This document shows positions 50,674 through 64,000 of a stretch of DNA of 64,000 nucleotides, piece by piece. The translations under genes and the position numbers were made by a program. Position 1 is the first letter of the stretch, and every line of letters begins with the position of its first letter. The stretch comes from Lytechinus pictus. Lineage: Eukaryota. Under the pieces are notes generated by a model that was given only the letters and a program-made list of their open reading frames with translations, was not told the DNA's origin and searched no databases. Where the stretch lies: the NCBI RefSeq assembly GCF_037042905.1, contig NC_087251.1, forward strand, positions 43,030,001 through 43,094,000. The letters run 5' to 3'.

Positions 50674-53600
50674 CTGTAAGAGAAGAGAATACATAAATCA
50701 GTTGATAAGTCAACTTCAATCATTTTTTTTTTAAAGTAAAAGTCCATCCAAAATATGTGCTCAGTTTACAGAATAGGGTAAAATTATGCAAAACCATGAA
50801 AATTTCAGCCAAATATGATGTAAAGATGTAAATGGGAATGAAAATTTTGACAACTTCAAATGTTTGATCAAATTGTAAACATGTGTAATATATAGGGTGC
50901 GCATAATATTGGCCGTGTACAGATCTGAGTTCATTTATTGATTTATATTCTTTTTACAATGAATTATTATCATCATCATTATTCTTTTTTAAAAACTAAT
51001 GTTGAATCCATAGAAGGAAATATGTTCAAAGGAGTTCAAAGGGAATTCAACCTTGGTCATAAAATGTAATGTGGGATAGGAGGGAAAAAAAAGTAAAGAG
51101 AATGGTGAAAGTTTGAAATAAATCGGACAAGCAATAACAAAGTTATGGCTGCTTTAAAATTGAGATCCCTTAGACTATGAATATTTCAAATTGGCAACTG
51201 TGTAAGTAAATCATGACAAGGGGCAAGGACAACTTTTCCATAGGCCATGTAATTAATTATCATGGACTTGTGGTTTCCTCCAAAGTACATATTCACCCGG
51301 GACAGTAATCAAAAATATAACCCAGGTAGCATATTACTGTATGTCCTCATGAAAGAAAATATAATTTGAAGTAACATTTTTGAAAAAATGAGATTTTAGC
51401 AATTATTTGTATAGGAATACATGGAAGAGTAGTCCTTGCCTTACATCACTATGACATCACAAATGCAGCCAATTTGAAGTCTCCATTGATATAGTGATTA
51501 CCATTTTTTAAAACTTTTAAAAATTATCATTTATCCGATATTGTTCAAACTCTCACTTATCAACTTGTCTAAATTTGTTTCCCTCAAAAAACAACTTTTT
51601 ATTTGGGATAGATTCCCCTTTGAAACAAAACCCAATTAAGCCCATACCATATATTATTGTTAACGCCAGAATTTCATGGGGAATTTTCCTGAATCGATCA
51701 AATGGCCAAATAGTTTTTACTACCCGTAATCAATAGCAAATGAGCCTTAGGCAGTTCATTGATACAGTGAAGAATTTATCATATAATTTCCTCAAATTTC
51801 TTTTAAGTCTCAAAAATCGTTAGATAACGCCCAATGGGCTTCCACCTAAATATAATGTTTTCCTGTAGGTGGGGTCAGTCCCTCAAGGAGTTTTGACATG
51901 ACCTTACAAAGGCACGACTGCAATGGATAGTTTTCTACTTACCCCATCTTCTGTTTGGACCTTTCTCCTCTTCTTGACCTTGTTTGGCATCTGCTCTTGA
52001 ACCTTTGCTACGCTCTCATCATCTCCAAATTCATTCTGGAAAGAAAAAAAATGGTATTGATAAAAAATAATCATTTAAGGTCTGGCCTTGGAAGGGTCTG
52101 GTGGAAGGATAGCACAAAATATACTTTGGGGGTCAAACTAACATTTCACAACATGAATGCTGGAAAATGTTTATGAAACTGAAAATTGGTAAATTGAAAT
52201 TGAATCGCAACACAAGGGGAAAAATACACAATGGCTCAGGGCATTTAGTTCCCAAACTATACAATATGGCCCCCTTATGGAGTAAAAAAGGTATTTTGAA
52301 ATGAGTAACCATTTAAAAATTACAGAATATATCAATATCTTCCCTGCTTTAGTAGGGTAAAAGTAAGGGAAACACAAGGGCTTGCTAAAGAGATACATAC
52401 AGGTAACTTAACCCTAAAAGAGCCGGGTTATTTGGACCCATCTCCGCCCCCTCCCCTCTGAGATCTCGCCTTTGATCACACAAGCGCCGCGAAAATTTGC
52501 ACAGTGGTAGTGTGCGAAAATAATCTACAAGGCTGTATGGTTAATTTTTTTTTGAAAGAATAAGATTTTTCATTTAATGAATTAAATATGCCAATTTATT
52601 CATGAAATAAAACATTTTCTCTAATCAACTATCATACGGCCCCAAAACTGCTAATTTTTATTCACAGACTCTTGTAGGATCCCAATCAAATGTACTTTAA
52701 AAAAAAAATTGGTATCGCAAGTTTTTTCTCATGTATTTTTTTTTTTATAAATTTCTTATGGATTTCTTTTATTATTGTTTTTTCAATGGAAATTGTTGCA
52801 GACTTAATTCTGATCATAAACAAGACAAAATTAATTGAGTTTAATCAGTAAAAGTAGAAATAATGATACATTTATGAATTTTGGCTAAATACACAATTTG
52901 CATTGGATTTGTACGTGAATTCACGTTTTTGAGCAATTTTGGGTCTGACATGCACTCATATAATGTTGCGTAATTTCGTAACCGCGTACCCGGGCATCGC
53001 AAATTTGGTCACACAAGTTGCGTGAGATCTGAAAGTAAAAAGTCAGCGAGCGGCGCGGTAGTAAAAAGTCAGCGAGCGGCGCAGTTGAAAAATTTCTCGC
53101 GGCGGATCTATCGTGAAAAATGTAGAGGGGGAATCCGCCCCCCCGGCCTTTTAGGGTTAAAGTCAAATCCTTTTGGGCAACATCTGTTCAGCCTCGGACA
53201 AATTTGACTTATGAAGAAGATGTAAATTACACATGTTTTGCATAATCTGGAGCCTGTATCACAAAGCTTGGCAATGATTGTAGAGCATTTTTCTATGATC
53301 AATTGCATTGATTATAATGTATAATCAACAGTGAAAATCAAGCGTACAATCAATCACTAGCCTTTGTGTTACGGGACCCTGGCGTAATGGAAACTGCCTC
53401 CACCGAGACAAATATTCTACTTATGCAAGTTTGTTTACCTGTAGCAGCAACTAATACAAGCATTCCATTATCACCAAACATGGTCTAAGTTCATTTAATA
53501 TTAACCATTTGTCAAGATGATCATATCAACAAATAAGACATTATTTACTAAGGATAACTACTTACATGGATATTGCTCAAATTCAACAGAAGGAAATGGC

Positions 53601-56600
53601 AATGATCTGCAATCTTATTCAAAAACACTTGAGACTTTCACAGGAGAAGCAAGGTTGCCAGTCATCGCCATCATACCATTTACCCGATTTCCAAAACCCA
53701 TCTTACCTCAAATTCCTGCCAAGCCTCCAGTAACATCAGCCTCTCCTCTTTCTCCTCTACATGTTTCAATGCCTTGGTTGCTTCTTCATAGATCTGTCTC
53801 GATCCCAACACACAATCACCCGATCCGACCGACAGCTCACACTTGGCAAAGCTTATCCAGACCTGCGATGTATCAAAAACACATATATCAATTACTGATA
53901 AAATGATTTTAAATCAACTTGCCCTGCACAAATAGGGTTTCTACCAGCTGTAAGAACCTTAATCTTCTTCTTGTTCTTCTTCCCCCGCTTGCTTCGGAGC
54001 TCAGCAGAAAGATCCTGCAGGTATAGCAATTGAGACCTTGAGAAGGAAATTCCTCTAAATTTCTTTCCCCTATCCCTATCAATCCTCATATTTTTACATA
54101 AGCTATAGCAATAAGGAATCGGAAAAGCCATTATGGGAACCTGGATGCAGCGAAGCTGCTAAAATACATAAGACCATACTTTTGTTAATCCTAACAGAGT
54201 CAGGTTATTTAGAAAACTTCCACACATCCCCCCTCCCTAGGGCCTTTTACCAAACTAAAATACCAAATCCCTGAATAACTGTGGACGCTTCTCTTTCAAT
54301 TAAGTTGATGTGTGTGTGTGTGTGTGTTTGAGTTACCTTGACATGTTGTGTCCTTTCTAGTAGTCTTCTGTACAGACTCCTTGCGTTATCCCACTCCTCT
54401 TGCTCCACTTCGAAGTCAATGAAAGACTTCCACAAAACCTCTGGCATGTCAAGTCTAGGTTGACAAATGGCAAGTTCGTAGATGGCTCTTGATCTCTCGA
54501 TATCTCCAAGAATAGTCTCCAACTCTGCATACTAAAATTAAATGAATGATATTGCAAGGTGAGATTGATATCAATAGAGTGAACTTTGCTTTGTTCCTTA
54601 TATTCAAAGACAATTACAAACTTTTAATAAATGAATAAAAATAACTAATTACAGTTACAAATGGTGTCGTGGTATTTTTTTTGTCCTACAAACAGCAAAA
54701 TTTTCATGAAGACACCCTAAAATAATAAACCCACATGATCTCACATGTATAAAGATTAAGAAGAGTTACGGCGAACAATCTATAATTAAAAGAATATCAG
54801 ATATGTAATAGTATAATCATCATATCCAAATTTTCTTAAGGTTTTCTTAAAGTCATATCTATGCACATGCATGAATCATATATATTTTATATCCTTTATC
54901 TTTTTTTCATATAAAAATACCTTTTGCCAAATTGTTTTATGTTACTGCCAAACTGTTGAATATTCCCGTTTTTATCATACAGTAGAATAATAATAATAAT
55001 ATGCATTTATATAGCGCAAAAAATATTTCTATATATTCTATTGCGCTGCAAGAGCTTCCCAGATGCTGTACATACTATTGGAATAGATAGGTTTTTAATT
55101 TTAATTTGATATTATGTAAAGTTGTTGAATTCCTAATGTCGAGGGGAAGTTTGTTCCATAGTTGTGGGGCTGATATAAGAAATGACCTTTCTCCTAGCGT
55201 TGCTTTAGTCTTGAGTGGAGGTACTTGCAGTGTGAGTGTATCTTGTGAGCTACGTAGGTGATGGTCATGAGATCGGGATTTTAATTTCAAGAGATCTGAG
55301 ATAAAACTTGGGGCCTGACCGTTAAGACCATTAAGAATACTACAATGGCATACCCACTAGTCCTTTCCCAGACACTCAATTTACTTCCCAGTTAATATTC
55401 CATTCCAAAATTCCACAACACAAGTAATTTCAATAACATACTTTATCTGTATTATTTATTTTGTAATTATCTGTTTTATTGTGTGAACAATTTTTTGTCA
55501 TTTTTACCTTGTAAATACATCGCGATTTGGCCTTAGCCGCGATGATGTCTTGATTTTTATTAATAAACCATCTATCTATCTATCTATCTATCTATCAGTG
55601 AAATGGGGCGTTTAATAAAGCTGTGCCTTTGTCACCAACATCCTAAAGAAAAGCTTAAAATATATTGGAAGCAAAATATGATTCAGTTATAAAATAAATG
55701 TGAGAAATTCTTTGAAAGTGTAATATGTTTCTCATTATCTAATCATTCTCATCCATTTACCACAATATTATGCATAAATACTTGTAAATAACCATACCTG
55801 TGAAATTAAAAGAATAAAATAACATTCTTCTTCATATTTTCAAGTATTTTTTCACTATTTCTATGAAACAAAGCTTCCAACATGCATCCAAGTTGAAGGG
55901 GGGGGGGGTGGAATCAATCATGTCCTTACCTTCATCCATGTAGTACAGTTAGCAGGGTTGAATTCCAAGAACTTCTCATATAGAACCCTACACCGATCAA
56001 ACTCTCTAAGCTGAAGCTCCATCTCTATGTATGACTTGAACAACTTGTCTTTTGGACACTTTCCAATTGCTGTACCCTGAAGGAATCAATCAACAAAAAA
56101 TGTTTTTTTTACATTTTGATGTATACTTCTTGAAGAAGTATATGTCATTACAGAGCTGCCAACCAGCACGTTTTTAGCGTATTTAGTACGTTTTTGCAAC
56201 CAAAATACGACAGTTTTACAAAATCGTAATTTATTGAGAAAAATCATCTCTATATGTTTTTTTTTCATAAAACTTACACAAATATGGTCATTGGATCAAT
56301 GTAATTTCAGGTAACTTGTTTTTTTTTCAATCATTTTGTTAAAACCAGGGTGAGATATACATATGTTTCAATGTTTTTTTTTTAATCTGCAAGAGTAGTC
56401 TGCATTTTAGCTTGCATGCAGCTTGAGCGCCGCGATGAGCGCGCGCGCGCCACGCATTTGATTATGAAATACATTTTTTGGGGAAAAATACAGTTTTTTT
56501 TTTCACAGAATACATTTTTTTTTTATCACAGAATACAATTTTCATTCCCAGAGGTTAACAGGTCTGGTATTAGGATTTGAAAACATCACTTGATATGAAA

Positions 56601-59600
56601 TCTAAACAGTAAAAGACTTGTACAACTCGTAAAAATCTTGTATTGATAGGACACTTACAGAAAATAATTAATTTTTGTAAAAGTACACTTGACCCTTATT
56701 TTTCTCAATGTTTGCTTCACTTACATAACATGAATGACCATGGTAATATGATAGTATTGTAACTTTTCAATGAAATAGAAAAAAGAGGCAAACAATTTCA
56801 GCAAGGTCGGCAGATAATCTTCAAAATATATTTTTTTTAAACATTTTGAATTTTGTAGTAGGAGATAGAAATTCTTTCAGATATGGTGTGATTATTTTCC
56901 GGATTGATAATCATGTGATTTTCTTAAGTCTTTCATATTCACATAGACTTTAAAGCATACTCCAAAAATACACCTCTAAATCATTTCCTGTCATAACTGA
57001 TATGGACTTACATTGACCACCATGATTATTTTCAACTCTCAGAAATTGATATTATGCATCTTTTCTAAAGAACATTCAGTTTGGTTGCCAAAGTATGAAG
57101 TTCAACAATCCCAGTTTATGTTAATGTTTGTGCTGTAAATGTAACTGTTTAATCAATCATTTTGCTTTCTTTTGTTTTTAACCAATGCGCAGAACTAAGG
57201 GGATTGGCCTCGATAGGCCTTTGCCAATCTCCTACATCCACTGCATGTTGGCTTAAATTAACCCTTTCTTTTTGTCATTATAATGATTGTTCTTTTTTAT
57301 TGTTTATATATTGTATGTATTATTACCCTGTTTAAATGGATGTGATTAAAGTGAATTGAATAAAAAGCATGTTTCCTGCGATATACCTGTACATGTTGCT
57401 CGAGAACGATGCTTAATAATACTTACCATGACTCTCCTTGCTTTCTGAAGTTCTTTCTGTCTGACTTCAAACTGAGCCATCAGCACCCACATCTTAGCAA
57501 ATGTAAACTTCTTATGAGGGATCAGGTCCAGGCACGCCTTGTAAACTTCACGCGTCTTTTCCGAATCCTTCAAAAACAAGATAGCAATGAAATGGAGCTG
57601 GTCAAATGTGTCCACCAACAAATGTAGGCAAGACATAAACTAGTCTAGCTAAGATTGTTGCTTGATATATTTCAAATAATATTTATTTAACCCTGAAATC
57701 AGTGTTATCAATACGTGTTCTATGTTCACTTTCATTCATAATAATCATGAATTGGAATATAGAACTTTCCAACACTGAATCAAAAGGGGGGGGGGGGGGG
57801 ACAGGACCAAACCAAGGCATTGTCTCGCCCATCCCGTGCTGTCTTCAGTGGGACGTGTTCATCGTTTTTTTGGGCAGGGGTAATATCAATGTTAATGCCC
57901 TTTATTGACACATTTAATTCTGTGAACAAGTCACAAATTATGGTGATCAGGTTTCTTATGGACATGCAGACAAATGACCCTAAGTGACCTTTGACCTTGG
58001 TCATGTGACCTGAAACTCAGGCAGGATGTTCAGTAATACTTGATTAACCTTATGTCCAAGTTTCATTGACTACATCCTTACACTTTCTAAGTTGTGATGA
58101 CATTTCAATGTTGACGACGCCGCCGTCGCCGGCAGAACAGCGGCGCCTATAGTCTTGCTCTGCTATGCAGGCGAGACAAAAATGACAAGTTACTGGTCAT
58201 CAGGTTTCAGAAGTACATGTACACAGCCGGTTAATATCATAAGCAACAACTTACCCTGACTTCTAATTCTTCGTAGACGGCGTAGTTGATCCATAGATAG
58301 ATATATCTCCTCCATAATCTCTTCTCCTGAGCAGGTGGAATGTTAGCGATAGCTCTCTCATACAGATCTCTCACTGTCTCAATGTCACCACCAGTCTCCA
58401 TCAGACGCAGGTAGTCAAACCATGCATCGTAGTTGTGAGGGTTGGCTTTCACCTCCTACAAAAAAAACAACAAAAAAACAAACAGTGAAGACCCAGAAGG
58501 GGGAGCATACAGCATAGTCCCGAGTGTCGGCTATTACGTTCTACAAAACACAAAATAAAGAACTCTGAGGAATCGAAGCAAGAGTGTTCACATTTGTTTA
58601 CGAGTTCAAAACTCTGCTGCTAGATTAGTCCTCTCTCAGAAGGAAATCCGAGCACATAACTCCAATTCTGCGTTCTCTTCATTGGCTCCCCATACATCAC
58701 TGTATCTCTTTTCAAAGTTCTCCTTCTCACCTTCAAAATTCTCAATGGCTAATCCCCAGAATATCTTACAGATCTCATTTCTTTACGCTCTAGTACCTCC
58801 TCAAGACCGCTCCGTTCATCGTCTACAATGCAGTTAACTCCTGGACCTCGAACCTCTACAAAGTATGGTGACTGCACTTTTTCTTCGATTGCCCCTACCC
58901 TTTGGAATAGGCTACCATCTTACATTCGTAATGCCAAGTCTGTGAATCAGTTCGAAACCCTACTCAAAACCTACCTGTTTAATAGATGATTCACAGTTGT
59001 GGGTCGGTCAATCGGAGGTGCACACCAGTTTTGATTTTTTATTATTAGTAGGCCTATAGTTGCATTATTTTTTGTGTCATTTTCCCCTGCTACATTTTTT
59101 TTCCTTTTAATCCCAAGTACAAACCATAAACAGAACACAGTGCGCTTAGAAACGTCAGTAGTAAGCGCCTTATAAATGTTATGTATTATTATTAGATTGA
59201 AGGACATGTGTTAGTTGGTTGGAAGACAAATAAAATTCATTTGCAAAATTGTCAAAATTGTCAAAATAATCCTAAATCATCTTAATCAATACTTTTTTAT
59301 CATTTCTTCTTAACAGAAGTGCTTAATAACCATATATCCATGTGTCTTTTAACTTCTATTTCTTATTTATTTCAATGTACCAGATCTAGATCTATCATTA
59401 TATGGTGGCATTTAACATTGATTTTATAGACTTTCTCTTAAAAATATTTTTTTGCTGTAACTACTTTCTTTTACCTTTCACATCTAGGGGTTTGAATGAA
59501 GGTGCCTCATGGAAATGACCCAATAAGGCCTTTAACTTATTAAAAAAAAAATCCTAGGGCAATCGAGCCTTTGCTCAAAGAACTCATACTCTGCAACATC

Positions 59601-62600
59601 CTTTAAGGGCCACCTAAAATTGCATTTGTCCATTAGCAGGTACTAGATTTGAAGACAGACACCTTTTTTTTTAATGTATCTTTTCTTGTACTTATCTTCA
59701 CTTTTGTTTTTGCTGTTTTCGAAGCGCCTTAAGCATTTAATCAAAATGGAAAAGACGCTGTATAAATCCTATGTATTATCATTATTTATCATTAAAAGCC
59801 ATGATAATTTGAGAGTTCACATGAACTAGAAAACAGACAAATTGCTTCTTGAAGGTCCCACAAATTGGGGTTGAATGTGTGTACCTTAAAACAGAGTTGC
59901 CAAAAAATGTACTTCCCGAAGAGTATCAACCCGAGGGGAGCATTTCATAGAACAAATAATCATTAATTTTCACTGATAGTTTATGCTCTGAGCCAATCAG
60001 ATGCAAGGACCTCAGTAGCTTGTAACAAAAAGTGACTTACTTCTTCATATTGAAACCTTCTCTTGCTGATAATGACGTCCTCTATACCAGCCCTGTCTCC
60101 GTATCTCTTCTCATGAATGGTGTAGTTCTTAAACAGTTCTTGAGCATGCTCCTTATCCAAGTTGTCCAGTGCATACTTATAGATCACCTTCGCTCTTTCA
60201 TGCTGTGTTCAACAAACAAGCATATAACAAAATCTGTCAAAATTCATTAACTTTAAAGAACAAAAAAGTAAAATATATCAAGTTTTGTTATGTCTTTGAA
60301 ATTTTAACATTGAAATAGCAAATTCAAAACTGAATCACTTGACAATATTATAGGAATTATCATAATACATGTATCTTTATTATGCCACTGAAAATATATA
60401 AATTATACTTCTTAACTATATCTTTATTTTGTTTGTCATAGAGCCAAGAACTGATAAAGATTTCTGCAAGCGTTCAATTTCTAAATGAACCATGTGACCA
60501 AAGTTGACTTACTTCTTTCTGTCTCTCTTCAAACTTTGCAAATGCTATGTAGAGTTTCTCGTCCATGTGATCTTCATAGAACGCTACGGCCCTCTCATAG
60601 ACGCCCCTAGACAGGCTGACGTAGTTGTGGGATTCTTCAAATCCAGCAAATTTGATCCAGTTCTTCACCTCGGGATGCACATAGACAAGTGGTTCTCAGT
60701 CAAGGAAATAAATATGGTATGCAAAATATTTATAATGGAAAATATTAAGTGTGCAGAATGCTGCCTTTGCACATTTAAATGCAAATATTGTTCATTTGAA
60801 GATGAATATAGAGATATTAATGTGCTGGCCCTATTAAATACAGAAGAATTAATAACATTTACATTTGAGCTGCATGGCCCTGCATGCTATAAATTCATAA
60901 CGTAATGTGTGAATTAAGGCCTTGGAAAAAAAAAATCATACTATATGCCAAGGGCACTCACTTTTAGTGTATATAAATTAAATTTCAAATTACTTCACCA
61001 TGGCACTTCCCACTGATTAACAGAATGTTTTCATTCTCGGATATCTTTGAAGTTGCTGAAAGGGATTACTCTTCAAGGTTCAAGGGCAAAGTACAAATAA
61101 AGAAGTGAAAAGAAAGGCTACACCCCCTAACCAAAATGGATAGGCCTAAGTGTAGTTACTTTTCTGTATAGACATCACATTCAATAATTTGCCAATTCAA
61201 GCTTCTCATATTACCAAATTGCATCACACTACATTCAATATTTAATCCCACCCTTTAAAGTTTTCACAATCATCAATTATTAAAGTTGATTCAAAATATC
61301 AATTATATGTTCATTTCTAAATGAAAACAACTTAAAACAAAACAAAAAACAGAATTAAATCAAACAGCAATACCTTAATATGGTATGCTGTGTGAAAATT
61401 AAAGCTCTTGGTATAGAAAAGCAATATGCCTTCACCAACAGGTAATGAACTACAACTACGACAAATTCCAGACTGCGCACAGACAGAAAGAAGTAGGAGG
61501 GAATGTCATCGACGTGCAAGAGTTGGTAACATTTCAAGGGAAAGTGCTGATATGTAAAGGATATATCTTTCGTAGATTGCTCTAGCACGTTCCGTCTCCT
61601 TGTATCTCAGCTCCATCTTGATGTATGAGAACCAGGCTTGTTCTTCGGGTTCCCACTGCATCCATCGTTCAAACACCTGTCTGGCTCCGCCCACATTACC
61701 CACCAGCTCCTCCATGTAGGTGTACTTGTACCAGAACTGATTGACGCGAGGTAGGATCGTGATGGCTCGATCCCAGATGTTACGAGAATGGTTGATCTGT
61801 TTGTGTCTACAAGAATTAAGAACACCCAAAACTATTATTAACACAGAAATGATGAAATATATAAAAATGATAAATGATAATGATAAATCCATAATTTATT
61901 GTTCGAAATAGACATGAAATGAAATACTCCGAAAATTTGCTTTGCCCAATTGATCGTGGGCTCGGCAGCCGCTGTGCAGCGCCAGATCGACGAGGCTCTA
62001 TCCCTTTAATCGTTGAACGCCAAACACCAAATAAGTGCCTGATAAACCATAATTGGTTAAAAATATGATTTCCTCTACAATAAAAATCATGTTTTTAGCC
62101 AAACTTCATAAAATGTATGATTATTTCTACTTTTAGTCATTAAACTTAACTAATTTCATATTGTTTACTATCAGAATAAAGATAATTTCCACTGAAAAAA
62201 AGCACAAAAAAAGTATTCAAAAAAAGAAAATTAAAGTAAAACGTTTTTTTGCCCAAAGTGCATTTGATCACAATTCTTAAGTCTGTAACAAAGAAATAGC
62301 AATAAATGCAGTATTAGGGCTGTAAAAAGATAATTAGAGTATACTGTTAATTTCATGCATAAATCAGCATAAACAATTATTCATTAGATTATGGGGAAAA
62401 TTTTACTACACAGATTTAATCACTTTAATGGCACCTACATGTATAGACTTACTTCATTTCCATCTCTGCATATTTCAACCAGATTGTGACATTTCTGTGC
62501 TCCACATCCAAAGCTCTTTCCCAAATTGATCTTGCTCTGTGGAAAAAGAAAATGTATAAACAAACAAGTGGAAACTTTATATATTGAATTCTATGCGATC

Positions 62601-63459
62601 ATAAACATAACATTTGATTTTGAAGGGATCTTAATATCAGTGCTGTGAACACAAATACAAAGAACTGAATAAAATGAAAAGCTTTTTCACAGAGGAAATT
62701 ATGCAAAAAGAATAGGAAAATAATGGGATAATCACAAACAAAAAAGCTTTAAAAAATGAACTCTCACATCCATGTAATATAAAAGATTTATTCAAATATT
62801 AAGAGTTAAGTCAGATCAACCCCTATTCCTATTTCTCCAGTATTGATTTGCCATCAATATCAAGTTGAGATTTATTTTTGTTTTCTAAATCAATTAAGGT
62901 GTTTTTTTTCTTTTCTAAGTATATATAAAAATGATACATATACAGTAAAAATATATACATGGCTTGAATAATATTAGTATATATAAAAAAATATTTTTTC
63001 CTTGTAACATCGGAAACACTGTTTATCAAATCATCCATATATCGAGTTTTTATTATGCTAACATTTTTTTGTGGAAAATATATTAAACATCTCTGGACCC
63101 TTTAAAATGAAAAAAAAAATTCAAATAAACAGTTATATATCAAATTGTAGATAAGATGACAATTTGGAGATGGTAAAGAATGATCATTTTGTATACCAAC
63201 AAGAAATATTTAAACAGATAGAGACTAAAAAAAAAATAGGAAAAGCCATAAATTCGGTAAAAGCAATTCTACATACATACATTCTCTATGCTTATAATCC
63301 TTACCGAGCAATTTCATTTTGACTCTCTTCCCACTTGGCATACTTGATCCAGTTTCCCACCATAGAACGGTTTTTGCGGATGTTATCCTCAAATTCTTTC
63401 CTCTTTCTCAGTCTGTATTCTTGCAGTTCATCTGGGTCTGTAATCTTTTGCTTTGGAGG
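50542..63459 (-). CDS. CRNKL1: Crooked neck-like pre-mRNA splicing factor 1 (5'-partial; 12 exons in window)
   Basis: HAT-repeat translation [31 protein letters not shown]...[12 protein letters not shown]...[14 protein letters not shown]...[18 protein letters not shown]...[11 protein letters not shown]...[12 protein letters not shown] matches CRNKL1/Clf1; exon phases are consistent throughout. Confidence 0.97.
51038..51620 (+). mobile_element. Kolobok-like family 2 copy in the last CRNKL1 intron
   Basis: Colinear with 24198-24803. Confidence 0.8.
51943..52035 (-). CDS. CRNKL1: CRNKL1 exon (NEFGDDES...[16 protein letters not shown])
   Basis: ag/gtaagt boundaries. Confidence 0.95.
52412..53156. 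mobile_element. Non-autonomous piggyBac-like element in a CRNKL1 intron
   Basis: TTAA|CCCTAAAAG...CTTTTAGGG|TTAA; long near-identical blocks shared with 18634-19389. Confidence 0.88.
53707..53862 (-). CDS. CRNKL1: CRNKL1 exon (VWISFAKCE...LLEAWQEFE)
   Basis: ag/gtaaga boundaries. Confidence 0.95.
54337..54531 (-). CDS. CRNKL1: CRNKL1 exon ([10 protein letters not shown]...RTQHVK)
   Basis: ag/gtaact boundaries. Confidence 0.95.
55050..55330 (-). mobile_element. L2/Crack-type LINE 3' fragment
   Basis: [43 protein letters not shown]. Confidence 0.85.
55930..56076 (-). CDS. CRNKL1: CRNKL1 exon ([30 protein letters not shown]...WMK)
   Basis: ag/gtaagg boundaries. Confidence 0.95.
57427..57567 (-). 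CDS. CRNKL1: CRNKL1 exon ([13 protein letters not shown]...ARRVM)
   Basis: ag/gtaagt boundaries. Confidence 0.95.
57970..58181 (-). mobile_element. HINE-like element fragment
   Basis: One tandem unit plus the gtcttgctctgctatgcaggcgagacaaaa end. Confidence 0.7.
58255..58455 (-). CDS. CRNKL1: CRNKL1 exon ([15 protein letters not shown]...ELEVR)
   Basis: ag/gtaagt boundaries. Confidence 0.95.
58590..59195 (+). mobile_element. L2-type LINE 3' fragment
   Basis: [41 protein letters not shown], then 3'UTR and (ATT)n tail. Confidence 0.85.
60041..60202 (-). CDS. CRNKL1: CRNKL1 exon ([13 protein letters not shown]...FQYEE)
   Basis: ag/gtaagt boundaries. Confidence 0.95.
60513..60688 (-). CDS. CRNKL1: CRNKL1 exon ([14 protein letters not shown]...EERQKE)
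   Basis: AC acceptor, gtaagt donor, conserved peptide. Confidence 0.95.
60689..61564 (-). other. U12-type AT-AC intron of CRNKL1
   Basis: 5'ss ATATCCTTT (61564-61556), branch TTTCCTTGAC (60708-60699), terminal AC; splicing restores YER-F-VYVHP. Confidence 0.95.
61565..61806 (-). CDS. CRNKL1: CRNKL1 exon ([14 protein letters not shown]...RAIYER)
   Basis: HAT repeats; ends at the AT-AC intron donor. Confidence 0.95.
62453..62536 (-). CDS. CRNKL1: CRNKL1 exon ([27 protein letters not shown])
   Basis: ag/gtaagt boundaries, HAT repeat. Confidence 0.95.
63305..63459 (-). CDS. CRNKL1: CRNKL1 exon (PPKQKITD...QNEIAR)
   Basis: ag/gtaag boundaries, conserved peptide. Confidence 0.95.
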
Positions 63460-64000
63460 CTGTAATTTGTTGGAAGGGATAGATAGATTATTCATGTAAT
63501 TCCATTTTATTATTCATGGGAGTGTTTCATGAAGAGTTTTGTCAGTGATTTTTCACTGGCTAACTTGCTCTTAGCCAATCAAATGCAAGGATTTCCAGTA
63601 GCTTATAACATCTAACTATTGGTGAAAACCAATGGCAAAACTCATAATGAAACATTGGCTAATTTTGCTCTCAAGCCATTCAAATGAATTTCAAGTAGCT
63701 TAAAACATCTGGCTGTAGCTGAAAATCACTGACAAAACACTTCTTCAACTATTCCCCAGAACGTCAGTTTGTATGGATTTGGATTGTCACAATAAATTCT
63801 GAATGGATCTGATATCAACGGAAACTGTCATATTTTTTTCTGATTCTGATATGTCAATGCCCATTCTATAAGATACAAAAGTATTGAAAGAGAACTATAT
63901 GGATTACATTCTGAATATTTCCATAACAATGTGGTAGTCATCAAGAATTCTAGAGAATTCGGGTCTGTTGGGTCATTAATGTTAACAAATTAAGGAATTG

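Noticed and set aside
50394..50747. Extended CRNKL1 C-terminus by alternative frame, read-through or selenocysteine
   Set aside because: Read-through of the TGA meets another stop after 7 codons, and the repeat units are not frame-preserving
53566..53606. 41-nt cryptic exon on the - strand with gtaagt donor
   Set aside because: Acceptor lacks a pyrimidine tract; such matches are expected by chance

Overview
Eukaryotic, AT-rich, intron- and repeat-rich DNA; the repeat style and protein sequences suggest an invertebrate deuterostome, probably a sea urchin (inference). Two protein-coding genes can be rebuilt exon by exon. NAA20 (NatB catalytic subunit, + strand) has 6 coding exons at 3830-18009 encoding 175 aa. 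CRNKL1/Clf1/Syf3 (HAT-repeat splicing factor, - strand) has 12 coding exons at 50542-63459, with its 5' exons outside the window. The genes are tail-to-tail, as I recall them in human, and each carries a minor-spliceosome (U12) intron: GT-AG type in NAA20, AT-AC type in CRNKL1. The ~32 kb between them holds a 6.1-kb whole-element palindrome with TAG..CTA ends and a 3-bp TSD (Academ-like), an orphan CDE/CHR (DREAM-type) promoter with spliceable exons, an inverted pair of decayed coding exons, and many MITEs, Helentron-like elements and LINE/SINE fragments. NAA20 intron 1 hides an antisense 194-codon Cys-motif exon and a second promoter-like region. No rRNA, true tRNA or CRISPR was found.
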